A stretch of DNA of 64,000 nucleotides from contig CAVUWA010000003.1 of NCBI GenBank assembly GCA_963744995.1, positions 32,001 to 96,000 of the forward strand, in the 5' to 3' direction. The position numbers were made by a program, and so were the translations under genes. Below are positions 19,520 to 28,925 of the stretch, piece by piece. The notes beneath the pieces were generated by a model. It was not told the origin of the DNA. It made no database searches and was given only the letters and a program-made list of their open reading frames with translations. Positions within the stretch are counted from its first letter, which is position 1. Each line of letters starts with the position of its first letter. This DNA comes from Candidatus Eiseniibacteriota bacterium. Lineage in GTDB: Bacteria; Eisenbacteria; RBG-16-71-46.

Positions 19520-20248
19520 TCAGCTCAGATCGAGCGAGCGCAGATCGAGCGGCCCGAACAGCCCGCCACCGGGTCCCCCGAACCACTCGGCGCCCCGCCG
19601 CAGCGCCTCGGAGGGAACGTCCACGATCGGCAGCGAAAGGTCGTCGACGGCGGCCACGCGATGCGTGGTCGGCAGCGAGTATCGCTCGCTCGCGAGATAG
19701 TCTTCGAACTCGTCGAGGGTCCAGGCGAACAGCGCATCCACCTCCCACACCAGCCGCACCTCGCGCCCGCGCACGAGATCCGGCGGGTCGTCGGGCCCCG
19801 CCGCGCGCAGGCGTCCCACCGCGCAGCAGTCACAGCCGAACCAGAACTCGGGCGTTCCCTCGAGGACGAGGTGCTCGGAGATTCGTGCCTCCGCCGGCGC
19901 GTCGCGCCAGACGTTGGCGAGCAATTCGCTGATCGCGAACAGGTAGCGCAACAGCGCACGCGGATCGTCGTTCGCGACGCCGTGCAGCCCCGTGGACAGC
20001 ACGCGGATGTTGCGGATCGCTTCGAGCCGCACCCACGGCGAGCGCCGGTTGCAGAGCGCCGTGAGGTTGATGAGCATTCCGTCGAAGCGCTCGCGCACCA
20101 GGGCGAGCAGATCGCCGAAGCTGCCGTCGCCCTTCTCGAGGAACTCCACGGTCCGGCGCATGGCCTGATTCAGGGGCAGGTACGCCGCACGCAGCGTGGA
20201 CCAGTCTTCGGTCAACCTCTGCTTGGCGATGACGTCCCAATCCGCCAT
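19520..20248 (-). CDS. Hypothetical protein
   Basis: GGAGG RBS before MADWDVIAKQ; genome-typical codon usage; contains CDCC. Confidence 0.7.
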   Translation of the reverse strand: MADWDVIAKQRLTEDWSTLRAAYLPLNQAMRRTVEFLEKGDGSFGDLLALVRERFDGMLINLTALCNRRSPWVRLEAIRNIRVLSTGLHGVANDDPRALLRYLFAISELLANVWRDAPAEARISEHLVLEGTPEFWFGCDCCAVGRLRAAGPDDPPDLVRGREVRLVWEVDALFAWTLDEFEDYLASERYSLPTTHRVAAVDDLSLPIVDVPSEALRRGAEWFGGPGGGLFGPLDLRSLDLS

Positions 20249-20330
20249 GAACGATCCCTCCCGGCCCGGTGTGTCCGTGCGGCGCGCGTGGGCGGAGTAT
20301 AGCGGAGCGCCGATCCGAGGGTCCAACCCG

Positions 20331-21410
20331 TCATGGCAGGGCGGGCCGTTCGACCGCGACGCGGGCCCCGGCCGCACTCGATGCGCGCGCCGCGTCGAGG
20401 GCACACTGGACGAGGACGGCGTCATCGAAGTTCGGTGCCATCTCCCCATCGCCGCACATCGCCCGGTACAGATGCTCGATCAGCACCCCGAACGGCGCCA
20501 CCAGCATCGGATCGCCTTCGTGCCGCTCGAGCGCGAGGTCCGCCGGGATCTCGACCGGTTCCGGGGCCGCGCCCGGCGCCAGCCGCCACAGCGCCCCGCC
20601 ACCGTCATCCCAGCGCAGCGTCGCTTCTTCGCCGTGGATCTCGTAGCGCTCCCAGCGGTACGGCGCCGTTGCGTTCAGGTCGATCAGTGCGCTCGCGCCA
20701 CCGTCGAACTCGTAGTGCACGGTCACCGCGTCGTCGGCGGTCGCGAGCGCCGACGTCGGGTCGCTGGCGGTCGGCCCGCGCCGGGGCTGGTCGGTGCGGA
20801 CGCTGGCGAGTACGGTGCGCGGTTCACCGAAGAACAGCCGCAGACAATCGGTGTGATGAGAGCCGAGCGCACCGAGGATGCCGCCCCCGCGACCGTGATC
20901 GGAGAGCCAGCTCATGCCGCGCGCAGCGGGCGAATGCCAGATCGGGTAGCGGCCGAGAATCTCACCGCGGCGGGGACGGCCGATCGCTCCGGCACGCACC
21001 ATGCGCAGGGCGAGCCGTCGCGCCGGCAGGTAGCGGAATTCGTGGTTCATCCCCGCGACCCGCGCGCGCGCCCGCGCCCGGTCGCGCATCTCGATCGTCT
21101 GGAAGCGGTGCAGCGCCGAGGGTTTCTCGCACAGCACGTGGCACCCCGCATCCAGCGCCCGCATCATCATCGGGTGATGCAGATCCGGCGGCGTGACGAT
21201 GCAGGCGAGATCGGGCGGCGCCTCGTCGAACAGGCGTCGCCAGTCGTCCACCGGCCGCGGGATGTCGAGCTCTCCGGCAATGCGTCGCGTCTTCTCCGCA
21301 TCCCGTCCCGCGATCGCGGTCAGCTCGAAGCCGGGATGGCGCGAAAAGCCCACCGCCTGAACCGTGCGGCCGAAGCCGGTGCCGATGATCGCCACTCGAA
21401 ACCGCTGCAT
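20331..21410 (-). CDS. Gfo/Idh/MocA-family oxidoreductase
   Basis: IIGTGFG, HVLCEKP, NHEFRY, GGGILGALGSH. Confidence 0.92.
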   Translation of the reverse strand: MQRFRVAIIGTGFGRTVQAVGFSRHPGFELTAIAGRDAEKTRRIAGELDIPRPVDDWRRLFDEAPPDLACIVTPPDLHHPMMMRALDAGCHVLCEKPSALHRFQTIEMRDRARARARVAGMNHEFRYLPARRLALRMVRAGAIGRPRRGEILGRYPIWHSPAARGMSWLSDHGRGGGILGALGSHHTDCLRLFFGEPRTVLASVRTDQPRRGPTASDPTSALATADDAVTVHYEFDGGASALIDLNATAPYRWERYEIHGEEATLRWDDGGGALWRLAPGAAPEPVEIPADLALERHEGDPMLVAPFGVLIEHLYRAMCGDGEMAPNFDDAVLVQCALDAARASSAAGARVAVERPALP

Positions 21411-21534
21411 GCCTTCCTCCCATTCGTGATCCCCGGGCACGGGGCGGAGCGCATCGTGCCGGGAGGCGGGTGCGACGTCAACGCGCTGTGCTAACCTCGC
21501 GCGTCGCCGTCCATCCACGACCTCCGGAGGCTTC

Positions 21535-22653
21535 ATGCACGACCCGCGCAGGGAACAGCTCGCCCGGGTGATCGTCGAACACTCGACGCGCCTCGAACCG
21601 GGTGAAACGATTCTGATCGAGGCGTTCGATCTCCGATCGGACCTCGTCATCGAGATCGTCGAAGCCGCGCAGCGGGTCGGCGGTCTGCCGGTCGTGTACC
21701 TGCGCGATCAACGGCTGATCCGCCAGCTGGTCGAGAAGGGAACCGAGGCCCAGTTCGCCATACAGGCCGACATCGAGCTCTACCAGATGAAGAAGGCGCA
21801 GGCCTACGTCGGCATCCGCGGCGCGGACAACGCCTCGGAACTCTCGGGCGTCGATCCCGGCCGGATGCGGCTCTACACGCAGACGGTGTCGAGCCCGGTG
21901 CACATGGATCAGCGGGTGAATCACACGCGCTGGGTCGTGCTGCGCTACCCGACGTCGTCGATGGCGCAGCTGGCGCAGATGGGAACCCGCGAGTTCGAAG
22001 ACTTCTTCTACCGGGTGTGCACGCTCGACTACGCGCGCATGGAGGCGGCGAGCGTGCCGCTGGTCGAGCGCATGCGCAACACCGACACGGTCCGGCTGAA
22101 GGGGCCGGGGACGGACCTCACCTTCAGCATCAAGGACGTCGGCGTCGTGCCCTGCTACGGGCTCCGCAACCTGCCGGACGGCGAGTGCTTCACCGCACCC
22201 GTGCGCGATTCGGTGAACGGAACGATCGCCTTCAACACACCCTCGCTCTACATGGGCACGTCGTTCCGCGACATCCGCTTCACGTTCGAGGGCGGACGCA
22301 TCGTCAGGGCCGAGGGCGAGCCCGCCCGGAACCTGGAGCATCTGCTCGATACCGACGAGGGTGCGCGCTACGTGGGCGAGTTCTCGCTCGGTTTCAACCC
22401 GTACATCGAGCAGCCGATGAAGGACACCCTGTTCGACGAGAAGATTGCCGGCTCGCTGCACTTCACCCCGGGACAGGCCTACCAGGAAGCCGACAACGGC
22501 AACCGCTCACGTGTTCACTGGGATCTGGTGCTGATCCAGCGACCCGATTTCGGCGGCGGCGAGATCTGGTTCGACGGTGAATGTGTCCGCCGCGACGGGC
22601 GCTTCATCGTCCCCGACCTCGAAGGTCTGAACCCGGAGCGGCTCACCGGCTGA
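21535..22653 (+). CDS. M29-family aminopeptidase (AmpS/AmpT-like)
   Basis: NLPDGECFTAP, GEFSLG, LFDEKI, HFTPG, SRVHWD. Confidence 0.93.
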   Translation: MHDPRREQLARVIVEHSTRLEPGETILIEAFDLRSDLVIEIVEAAQRVGGLPVVYLRDQRLIRQLVEKGTEAQFAIQADIELYQMKKAQAYVGIRGADNASELSGVDPGRMRLYTQTVSSPVHMDQRVNHTRWVVLRYPTSSMAQLAQMGTREFEDFFYRVCTLDYARMEAASVPLVERMRNTDTVRLKGPGTDLTFSIKDVGVVPCYGLRNLPDGECFTAPVRDSVNGTIAFNTPSLYMGTSFRDIRFTFEGGRIVRAEGEPARNLEHLLDTDEGARYVGEFSLGFNPYIEQPMKDTLFDEKIAGSLHFTPGQAYQEADNGNRSRVHWDLVLIQRPDFGGGEIWFDGECVRRDGRFIVPDLEGLNPERLTG

Positions 22654-22659
22654 AGCGGC

Positions 22660-24282
22660 TCAGGGAACCATGGCGAAGCGCGCCGTACGTCGTCCGTCCG
22701 CGGTCTGGAGCCGGGCGAAGTAGACGCCCGGCGCTCTGCCGCGCAGCGCCTCGCCGAGCGGCAGCACGCTCGTGCCGCGCGGCAGCCGCCCATCGTGCAG
22801 CGTCGCCACGCGCCGGCCGCCGACGTCGAACAGATCCAGTCGTGCGGGTCCCCCGCTCGGCAGGTCGATCCGGAAGGCCGCGCCGAGCGGCGAGCCCGCG
22901 AGGAAGCGGAGCAGGAAACCCTCCGACGAATCGTCCGACGGCGCGGGCGCGGGGACCGGATTCGACACCGGCGCCACGTGGATGAGCGGCGCCGCGGCGG
23001 TCCGGTCCTTGAGCCGCACCAGCAGTTCCGGGCCGGGCTCGCCGTCGGCGGGGTCCGGATAGTCGTGCGCCGTCCATGTCAGGACGGTCGTATTCGAGGT
23101 CAGCGGAATCCGGTCGGGCAGGCCGACCTGGAACGGCGGCACCGGACTCATGGCGCCCGATGTGTCGACTTCGAAGACCTCGATCGATGGCGCCTGCCCG
23201 TACCAGCCGGTGGACTCGACGGTGAGCGAGGCCGTGTCCCCGGCGGCCACCGTGGACCGGCTCCAGGTCATGCCGATTACGTGAAACGCACTCGGTTGCA
23301 CCAGCTGGAAGGTGGTCGGCCCGGTCCACTGGATGCGCAGGACCTCGATGGCCGTCAGGCTCGCCGCGGCGAAATAGTCGACGAGACCGTCGCGCATGTG
23401 TTCCGAGGCGAACCATGGCGAGGTGTCGAAGCCGAGCATCGAACTGAGCGTGCCGCGATAGGTCCAGGAGGTGAGCGGACCGACGGGATCCGGCGAGGTC
23501 GCCCAGACGATCGGCTGCGACTTGTACGTGGTCCACATGAGGAAGTAGAGACCGCCATGCTCGAACATGTGCGCCGACTCGCTGAGCTGGCTGCCCGTCA
23601 CGACCTGGTTGGTCACCCACAGCCGGCCGCCGTCCGTCCACGGTCCGTCGAGCCCCGGACCGTGGGCGATCCCCTGGATCATCGAGGTCGAGTCCTCCGC
23701 GAGACTCGTGCTGTAGAACATCCACCACGCGCCGGGCGTCTGGGGGTCCTCGAGCAGAAACGGATCACGAAAGGCCGTGTAGCCGCTGAGCGGATCGCAG
23801 AACGTCCACGGCACGTCCTCGCAGGACATGACCGGCGCGTCGAGCCGGTTCCACGTCAGCAGGTCCGTGGACGTCGCGACGCCGATCCGCTGGTAGGTCG
23901 CGTAGATGCCGGGGGTTTTGGTGACGCCCGTGTAGAACATATAGAAGACGCCGTCGGACTCGACGATGTGCGGCGCCCAGACGTGCTGGTTGTCCCAGTT
24001 GTCCGCGCGCACCGGCAGTACCGGCGCGAGCTGGGTCCAGCTGATGAGGTTGCTCGACACCGCATGTCCCAGGTCGATCTCGGTGCTGTCGAGCGGCACG
24101 TCCAGCTTGTGGCGGATGTAATAGAGGTGATAGAGACCATCGTGCCGGATGAGGGTGAAGTCCTTGGCCCGATAGCCCTGCGGCGGCAGCATGAAGGACG
24201 CCCGCGCCGCACCCGGCCAGGCGGCAAGCAGCGCGAGGATGTGAACTGCCAGGAGCAGCCGCTTCAGCACGTTGCAAGGCAA
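22660..24282 (-). CDS. Secreted five-bladed beta-propeller glycoside hydrolase (GH32/GH43-like) with C-terminal Ig-like sorting-type domain
   Basis: Signal peptide (ARA); KDF, WAP, FRDP and SES motifs; tail LFDVGGRRVATL...PGVYFARL. Start uncertain. Confidence 0.72.
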   Translation of the reverse strand: MPCNVLKRLLLAVHILALLAAWPGAARASFMLPPQGYRAKDFTLIRHDGLYHLYYIRHKLDVPLDSTEIDLGHAVSSNLISWTQLAPVLPVRADNWDNQHVWAPHIVESDGVFYMFYTGVTKTPGIYATYQRIGVATSTDLLTWNRLDAPVMSCEDVPWTFCDPLSGYTAFRDPFLLEDPQTPGAWWMFYSTSLAEDSTSMIQGIAHGPGLDGPWTDGGRLWVTNQVVTGSQLSESAHMFEHGGLYFLMWTTYKSQPIVWATSPDPVGPLTSWTYRGTLSSMLGFDTSPWFASEHMRDGLVDYFAAASLTAIEVLRIQWTGPTTFQLVQPSAFHVIGMTWSRSTVAAGDTASLTVESTGWYGQAPSIEVFEVDTSGAMSPVPPFQVGLPDRIPLTSNTTVLTWTAHDYPDPADGEPGPELLVRLKDRTAAAPLIHVAPVSNPVPAPAPSDDSSEGFLLRFLAGSPLGAAFRIDLPSGGPARLDLFDVGGRRVATLHDGRLPRGTSVLPLGEALRGRAPGVYFARLQTADGRRTARFAMVP

Positions 24283-24401
24283 GAGGTTGGCGTCCAGGTC
24301 GAAGCAATAGGGAGAAGTGCGTCAGGCAGGTGCCGGACGGCCGACTGCGGCGATTATCCGGGCCGGCTTCCCGCCATGTCAACGCCCTCCGGGAGAACCC
24401 G

Positions 24402-26390
24402 TTGATCCAGTTGCACGGCATCCGCTATTCCATCGGTGAGCGCGTTCTGTTCGACGACGTCTCCTGGGTGCTTTCCCCTGGCGACCGTTACGCGCTCGTC
24501 GGACCCAACGGCGCCGGCAAGACCACGCTGCTCAGAATCATGCTCGGCGAGTACACGCCCGAGCAGGGCCAGCGTGTGCTCTCCAAGGGCACCCGTCTGG
24601 GCTATCTGCCGCAGGAGGCCGCCGAACGGTTCGACGGGACGGTGCTCGAGCGCGCCCTCGAAGCGCACCGCCACGTGCTCGAGATGCGCGAGGAGCTGGA
24701 CGAGCTGCACGCGGGTCTGCAGGGTATCTCCCCCGACGATCCGGAGCTCGAAGCGATGCTCGAGCGCACGGGCGAGCTGCAGCATCGCCTCGACCTGCAC
24801 GACGAGCACACCATCGAGCCCGAGGCGCGGCGCGTGCTCGCCGGACTCGGCTTCTCGAGGCACGACCAGGACCGTCCGCTCACCGAATTCTCCGGCGGCT
24901 GGCGCATGCGCGCGGCGCTCGCCGCGCTGCTGCTCACCGATCCGACGCTGCTGTTCCTCGACGAGCCCACCAACCACCTGGACCTGCCGGCGATGGAATG
25001 GCTCGAGGACTACCTCGACGACTTCGCGGGCGGGCTGGTTGTCGTCTCGCACGACCGCGTGTTCCTGGACCGCGTCGCGACCTCGGTGTGGGAGCTCGAC
25101 CATGCCGAGCTCAGCGAATACCCGATGCGGTTCACCGACTACCTGGAGGAACGCGAGCGGCGCCGCGAGCAGATGGCGGCGCAGAACGAACAGCTCGACA
25201 AGCGTATCGCGCAGCTGTCGCGGTTCGTCGAGCGCTTCGGCGCCAAGAACACCAAGGCGTCACAGGCGCAGAGCAAGCGCAAGATGATCGCGCGGCTCAA
25301 GGCCGACCGGGTGGTGATTCCACGCGCGGCGAAGCGGATCCGCTTCCAGTTCCCGAACCCGCCGCACGCCGGGCGCATTCTGCTGCGCATGCGCGACGTT
25401 GCGTTCGGCTACTCGGCGGAACGCCGCGTGTTCGAGCACGCGAACGTCGAGATCGAAAGGGGCGCGAAGGTGGCCATCGTCGGCGCCAACGGCGCCGGCA
25501 AGACGACCCTGCTGCGCGTGATCGCCGGGCAGCTCGCTGCGGCCGGGGGCGAGCGCCAGGACTATCCGCATACCCACATGGCGTTCTTCGCGCAGCACGC
25601 GGCCGAAACACTCGACGGCTCGGAGACCGTGCTCGGCGCGCTCGAAGCCGTGGCCCCCGCGGAGTGGCGGCCGCGGCTGCGCGGCCTGCTGGGGAACTTC
25701 CTGCTGCAGGGCGACGACGTGTTCAAGCGGGTGCGCGTGCTCTCGGGCGGCGAGCGGCAGCGCGTCGCGCTCGCGCGGATCCTGATGGAGCCCGCGAACC
25801 TCCTGCTGCTCGACGAGCCGACCCATCACCTGGACCTCGCCGGCAAGGAAGTGCTCGAGGACGCGCTCGAGCAGTATCCCGGCGCCATGCTGATCGTGAC
25901 CCATGACCGCTCGCTCATGGCGCGCGTGGCGACCCAGGTGCTCGAGGTGTACGAAGGGCGCGTCATCCTTCACCCCGGCGGCTACGACGACTACGAGCAC
26001 ACCCGCCTCGCGCGCCTCACCGTCACCGCGGCGGCCGAGGGGGCGCCGCGGCAGATGGCCGGGCATGCCGATCCGGCGGGCCGCACGGCGAAGAAGTCCG
26101 TGGCGACCCCGGTGCGACCGGCGCCGCCGCCGCCGGTCGACCACGCGAGCCGCAGGCGCGAACGCGCGGCGCGCCAGAAGCGCGAGAAGGAACAGAAGCG
26201 CATCGAAGCCGACATCGAGGCACGCGACGCGCGCATCCGCGAGCTGGAAGCGCTGCTCGCGGACCCGGACGTCTATCAGGACGGGGCGCGCGCGCGTGAG
26301 CTGGTCACCGAGTACGAACGGGTGCGCGACGAAGTCGAATCGTTGTGGCAGCGGCTCGCGGCACTCTCCGAGGCGGCCGGAGAAACGTAG
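24402..26390 (+). CDS. ABC-F family ATPase (Uup/YheS-like)
   Basis: Two ABC domains (GPNGAGKT, GANGAGKT), SGGWRMR, DEPTNHLD, no TM segments, coiled-coil C-terminus; TTG start after GGAG. Confidence 0.93.
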   Translation: MIQLHGIRYSIGERVLFDDVSWVLSPGDRYALVGPNGAGKTTLLRIMLGEYTPEQGQRVLSKGTRLGYLPQEAAERFDGTVLERALEAHRHVLEMREELDELHAGLQGISPDDPELEAMLERTGELQHRLDLHDEHTIEPEARRVLAGLGFSRHDQDRPLTEFSGGWRMRAALAALLLTDPTLLFLDEPTNHLDLPAMEWLEDYLDDFAGGLVVVSHDRVFLDRVATSVWELDHAELSEYPMRFTDYLEERERRREQMAAQNEQLDKRIAQLSRFVERFGAKNTKASQAQSKRKMIARLKADRVVIPRAAKRIRFQFPNPPHAGRILLRMRDVAFGYSAERRVFEHANVEIERGAKVAIVGANGAGKTTLLRVIAGQLAAAGGERQDYPHTHMAFFAQHAAETLDGSETVLGALEAVAPAEWRPRLRGLLGNFLLQGDDVFKRVRVLSGGERQRVALARILMEPANLLLLDEPTHHLDLAGKEVLEDALEQYPGAMLIVTHDRSLMARVATQVLEVYEGRVILHPGGYDDYEHTRLARLTVTAAAEGAPRQMAGHADPAGRTAKKSVATPVRPAPPPPVDHASRRRERAARQKREKEQKRIEADIEARDARIRELEALLADPDVYQDGARARELVTEYERVRDEVESLWQRLAALSEAAGET

Positions 26391-26403
26391 GCGAACGCGG
26401 CGT

Positions 26404-26441
26404 GGCGTCACGCCGGGCGCGGCGTCACGCCGGGCGCGGCG
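26404..26441. repeat. 17-bp tandem duplication
   Basis: GGCGTCACGCCGGGCGC x2 plus GGCG, between convergent genes. Confidence 0.7.
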
Positions 26442-26474
26442 GATGCATCCCTGGCGCCGTGATGCGCGTTGCGC

Positions 26475-27227
26475 TCATGGCGTCCCGGTCAGCCCCCAGC
26501 GCATCAGCACGCCGATCAGCACCGCCCATGCGATGCTCGCGAGGGAGCCCACGAGGTAGTACTCGGCGAGCGCACGATGCTCGGGATCGCGCGCCTCGGG
26601 CAGCCTGAGAATGGCTTTCGCGGCAATCACGAAGCCGACCAGCGCCTCGATGCGGAGCAGGATCGCGATCAGCACCAGGGCGCGCTCGAACACGCCGATC
26701 GTCCAGCCGGCACGCGCGAGCCCGGGCCGCGGTGCCTCGCCGTCGGGTGTGAGCGCATCGGCGAACGGTGTCACGATCCGGCCCACGACGACCGCCCCGG
26801 CCCACAGGGCGGCGATCACTCCGGCCACGAGAATCCATGCACGCGGGTCCGCCGTCCACGCGCCGGCCACGGCCAGCAGCCGCACCGACTCGTCCGGCCG
26901 GGCCAGCGCCACCGCACCGAGCAGCGTGAGCGCGTGCAGGCCCTGGTCGGTCACGAGCAGCTTCAGGTCGCGTCCGCCGCGGCGGCTCGTCCACGCGTCG
27001 ATCAGGCCGTGCGCGGCGAGCAGCAGGACCAGCGCCGCCGCGAGGCGCGGCGCCGGAGCTTCGCTGAGCGCCACGCCCAGCAGCAGCAGCCCGTGCAGGC
27101 CAAGATGCATCCCCAGCATGCGCACGCGGTGTTTCCCGAGCGCCACCCGCCGCGACTGGAACAGGTAATCGCCCGCGAGGTGGGCGGCCGCGAGCTTGAG
27201 CAGCAGCGGCACCGCTCCCGCGGTCAC
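26475..27227 (-). CDS. DUF3307 membrane protein (SatE-like)
   Basis: HLAGDYLFQ, HLGLH, HGLID, DQGLH, IGVFER, AAKAILR, EYYLVGSL; GTGA overlap with satD. Confidence 0.85.
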   Translation of the reverse strand: MTAGAVPLLLKLAAAHLAGDYLFQSRRVALGKHRVRMLGMHLGLHGLLLLGVALSEAPAPRLAAALVLLLAAHGLIDAWTSRRGGRDLKLLVTDQGLHALTLLGAVALARPDESVRLLAVAGAWTADPRAWILVAGVIAALWAGAVVVGRIVTPFADALTPDGEAPRPGLARAGWTIGVFERALVLIAILLRIEALVGFVIAAKAILRLPEARDPEHRALAEYYLVGSLASIAWAVLIGVLMRWGLTGTP

Positions 27228-27931
27228 GCTCGCCCTCCCCGGGGCGAGTGCGCCGCTTCCACCGCCTGCGGGCGAGCGGCGTCGCACGCCTCCGACTCGA
27301 GCCTCGCGTACACCGCGGCCACTTCGTTCCACGACGCCGCACGCAACCGCTTGGACACCGACTGGAAGCTCACGCCGTGGGCGCGGGCGATGCCCTCGAG
27401 ACCCTTGTCCTCGATGCGGCCGACGATCGCCTCCCACTGCGGGCGGGTCCAGCGCGCCGTGAACGCGTCGGCCAGTGCCAGCATCGCGTCGGCGCGCGCG
27501 TCGAACTCCGCCGCTCCAGTGATCCAGGCGGTCAGGCGCGTGCCCCCCGCCTTCTTCGTGCGTTCGAGGGCGGCGCGCGCGCGGTGGAACGCCGGTCCGT
27601 CGGAGGCGAACGGACCCTTCGGGCTCATGCGCCCGATCGCACCGCTGCCGAGTCCGGCGCGCAGCGCCGGCGCGTGCTCGGTCGCGATCGCCAGCTGTCC
27701 GCGCAGGTACGTGAGGACCGTGATCGCCGGCGCCCCGGCGCGCAGCACCGCCTGCAGCTCGTCGCCGCGCAGGATCTGGGGCGCGAGCCGGAACGCGGCG
27801 TCGAAGCGATTTGCGGTGCGTTGCGCCGCGCGCTGCAGGGCGCGATCGACGGCGGCGCGTCGTGCGCCGGCCAGCGCGCGGGAGCCGCGCAGGTCGGCGA
27901 TGAGCACGACCCACTGGCGCTCGGAAGCCAT
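27224..27931 (-). CDS. satD: SatD-family protein (nucleotide-cyclase-like domain + C-terminal HTH)
   Basis: IADLRGSR, RGDELQ, SDGPAFHRAR, HTH-like IARAHGVSFQSVSKRL. Confidence 0.85.
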   Translation of the reverse strand: MASERQWVVLIADLRGSRALAGARRAAVDRALQRAAQRTANRFDAAFRLAPQILRGDELQAVLRAGAPAITVLTYLRGQLAIATEHAPALRAGLGSGAIGRMSPKGPFASDGPAFHRARAALERTKKAGGTRLTAWITGAAEFDARADAMLALADAFTARWTRPQWEAIVGRIEDKGLEGIARAHGVSFQSVSKRLRAASWNEVAAVYARLESEACDAARPQAVEAAHSPRGGRA

Positions 27932-28005
27932 TCACCCTCCAATGGGCGAATTTATCTATTCGCCCTCCTGGTGGTTAATATCGGCCGGCCGGTCGCCGGC
28001 GTCAA
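27930..28005 (-). promoter_or_regulatory. satD promoter with two tandem palindromic operators
   Basis: TTGACG-N17-GATATT on the minus strand (28005-27977); ATTCACC-N8-GGCGAAT (27930-27951) and ATTCGCC-N8-GGTTAAT (27958-27979). Confidence 0.65.
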
Positions 28006-28726
28006 GCGGTTCGTCGCCGCGGTCCGGGGCCCCGCCCCTGCGCCGCAGCGCCGCGTAGATGCGGGCGTCGAGCGCGGCGCCGGTGAGGCCGGTATGGTCG
28101 GCGCCACCGCGCGGCTCGTCGGCGACCCGCAGATGTCCGGCGAGCGCGCCGTTGGTGAGCGAGCGGTCGCCCAGCGCCCACGCCATCGAGGGCAGGTCGA
28201 GCACGAAGTAGTGGAACAGCTCGCGCCAGCTGCGGCCGCTGCCGCGCAGCAGCTGGTCGAGGAAGGCGGTGTCGAACTGGCTGTTGAACGCCACCATCAG
28301 CACCGGGTGATCGCCACCCGCGCGACGGCGCCAGGCGAACAGCCGCTCGGTGGCGACTTCGGGCTGGACCGCACCGGTCTTTCGCCAGAGTGCGGGATCG
28401 AACCCGTTCACCGCCGCCGCGCCGGGCGAGGTCCGCTCCGGATGATGCGGCATGATCCGCACCCACAGGCTGTCGAGCGGCACGCCGTCGAGATCGGTGA
28501 GGACGACGCCCAGGTCGATCATCTCGTGCCAGCCGGGCACGAGGCCGGTGGTCTCGACGTCCACGAATGCGAGCCGCCAGTCGTCCGGTGCGGTGGCCGG
28601 CTCGGTCGCCGGCATCTGCACGCGATCGAGCACGCGCACGAAAGGTGGCGCCTGTTCGCCGCGGGCGCGGCCGAACGTCAGCGACAGGAGCAGCAGCGCA
28701 AGGATCGAGCTCGCGCGGGAGCGCAT
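27956..28726 (-). CDS. DEDDh-family 3'-5' exonuclease-like protein with N-terminal signal peptide
   Basis: FVDVETTG (ExoI), FNSQFD (ExoII), degenerate HTGLTGA (ExoIII); leader MRSRASSILALLLLSLTFGRARG. Confidence 0.8.
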   Translation of the reverse strand: MRSRASSILALLLLSLTFGRARGEQAPPFVRVLDRVQMPATEPATAPDDWRLAFVDVETTGLVPGWHEMIDLGVVLTDLDGVPLDSLWVRIMPHHPERTSPGAAAVNGFDPALWRKTGAVQPEVATERLFAWRRRAGGDHPVLMVAFNSQFDTAFLDQLLRGSGRSWRELFHYFVLDLPSMAWALGDRSLTNGALAGHLRVADEPRGGADHTGLTGAALDARIYAALRRRGGAPDRGDEPLDAGDRPADINHQEGE

Positions 28727-28925
28727 GGGACCTCCATCGGTTCGCCGGCGTCCGCCGTGGACGCGACGGCCGCCGCAGTATGAAGCGCCCGCGGCCGGCG
28801 CTCAACGCCCGGCGTCCGGCATGGTTTCCGCGGCGGCACCGGGCGCCCCGCCCGGCGTCCCGGGCGCCGCGTGGCGGACGACCGCTTTTGACGGCTGCGT
28901 GATTCCGGACTACGTTCCCCCGCCT

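Noticed and set aside
19503..19527. Five GCTCR pentamers
   Set aside because: Too short, no spacers and no cas genes; a simple repeat at a gene end.
26404..26441. 17-bp duplication as a mobile-element target site
   Set aside because: The copies are adjacent and there is no integrase or transposase; slippage is more likely.
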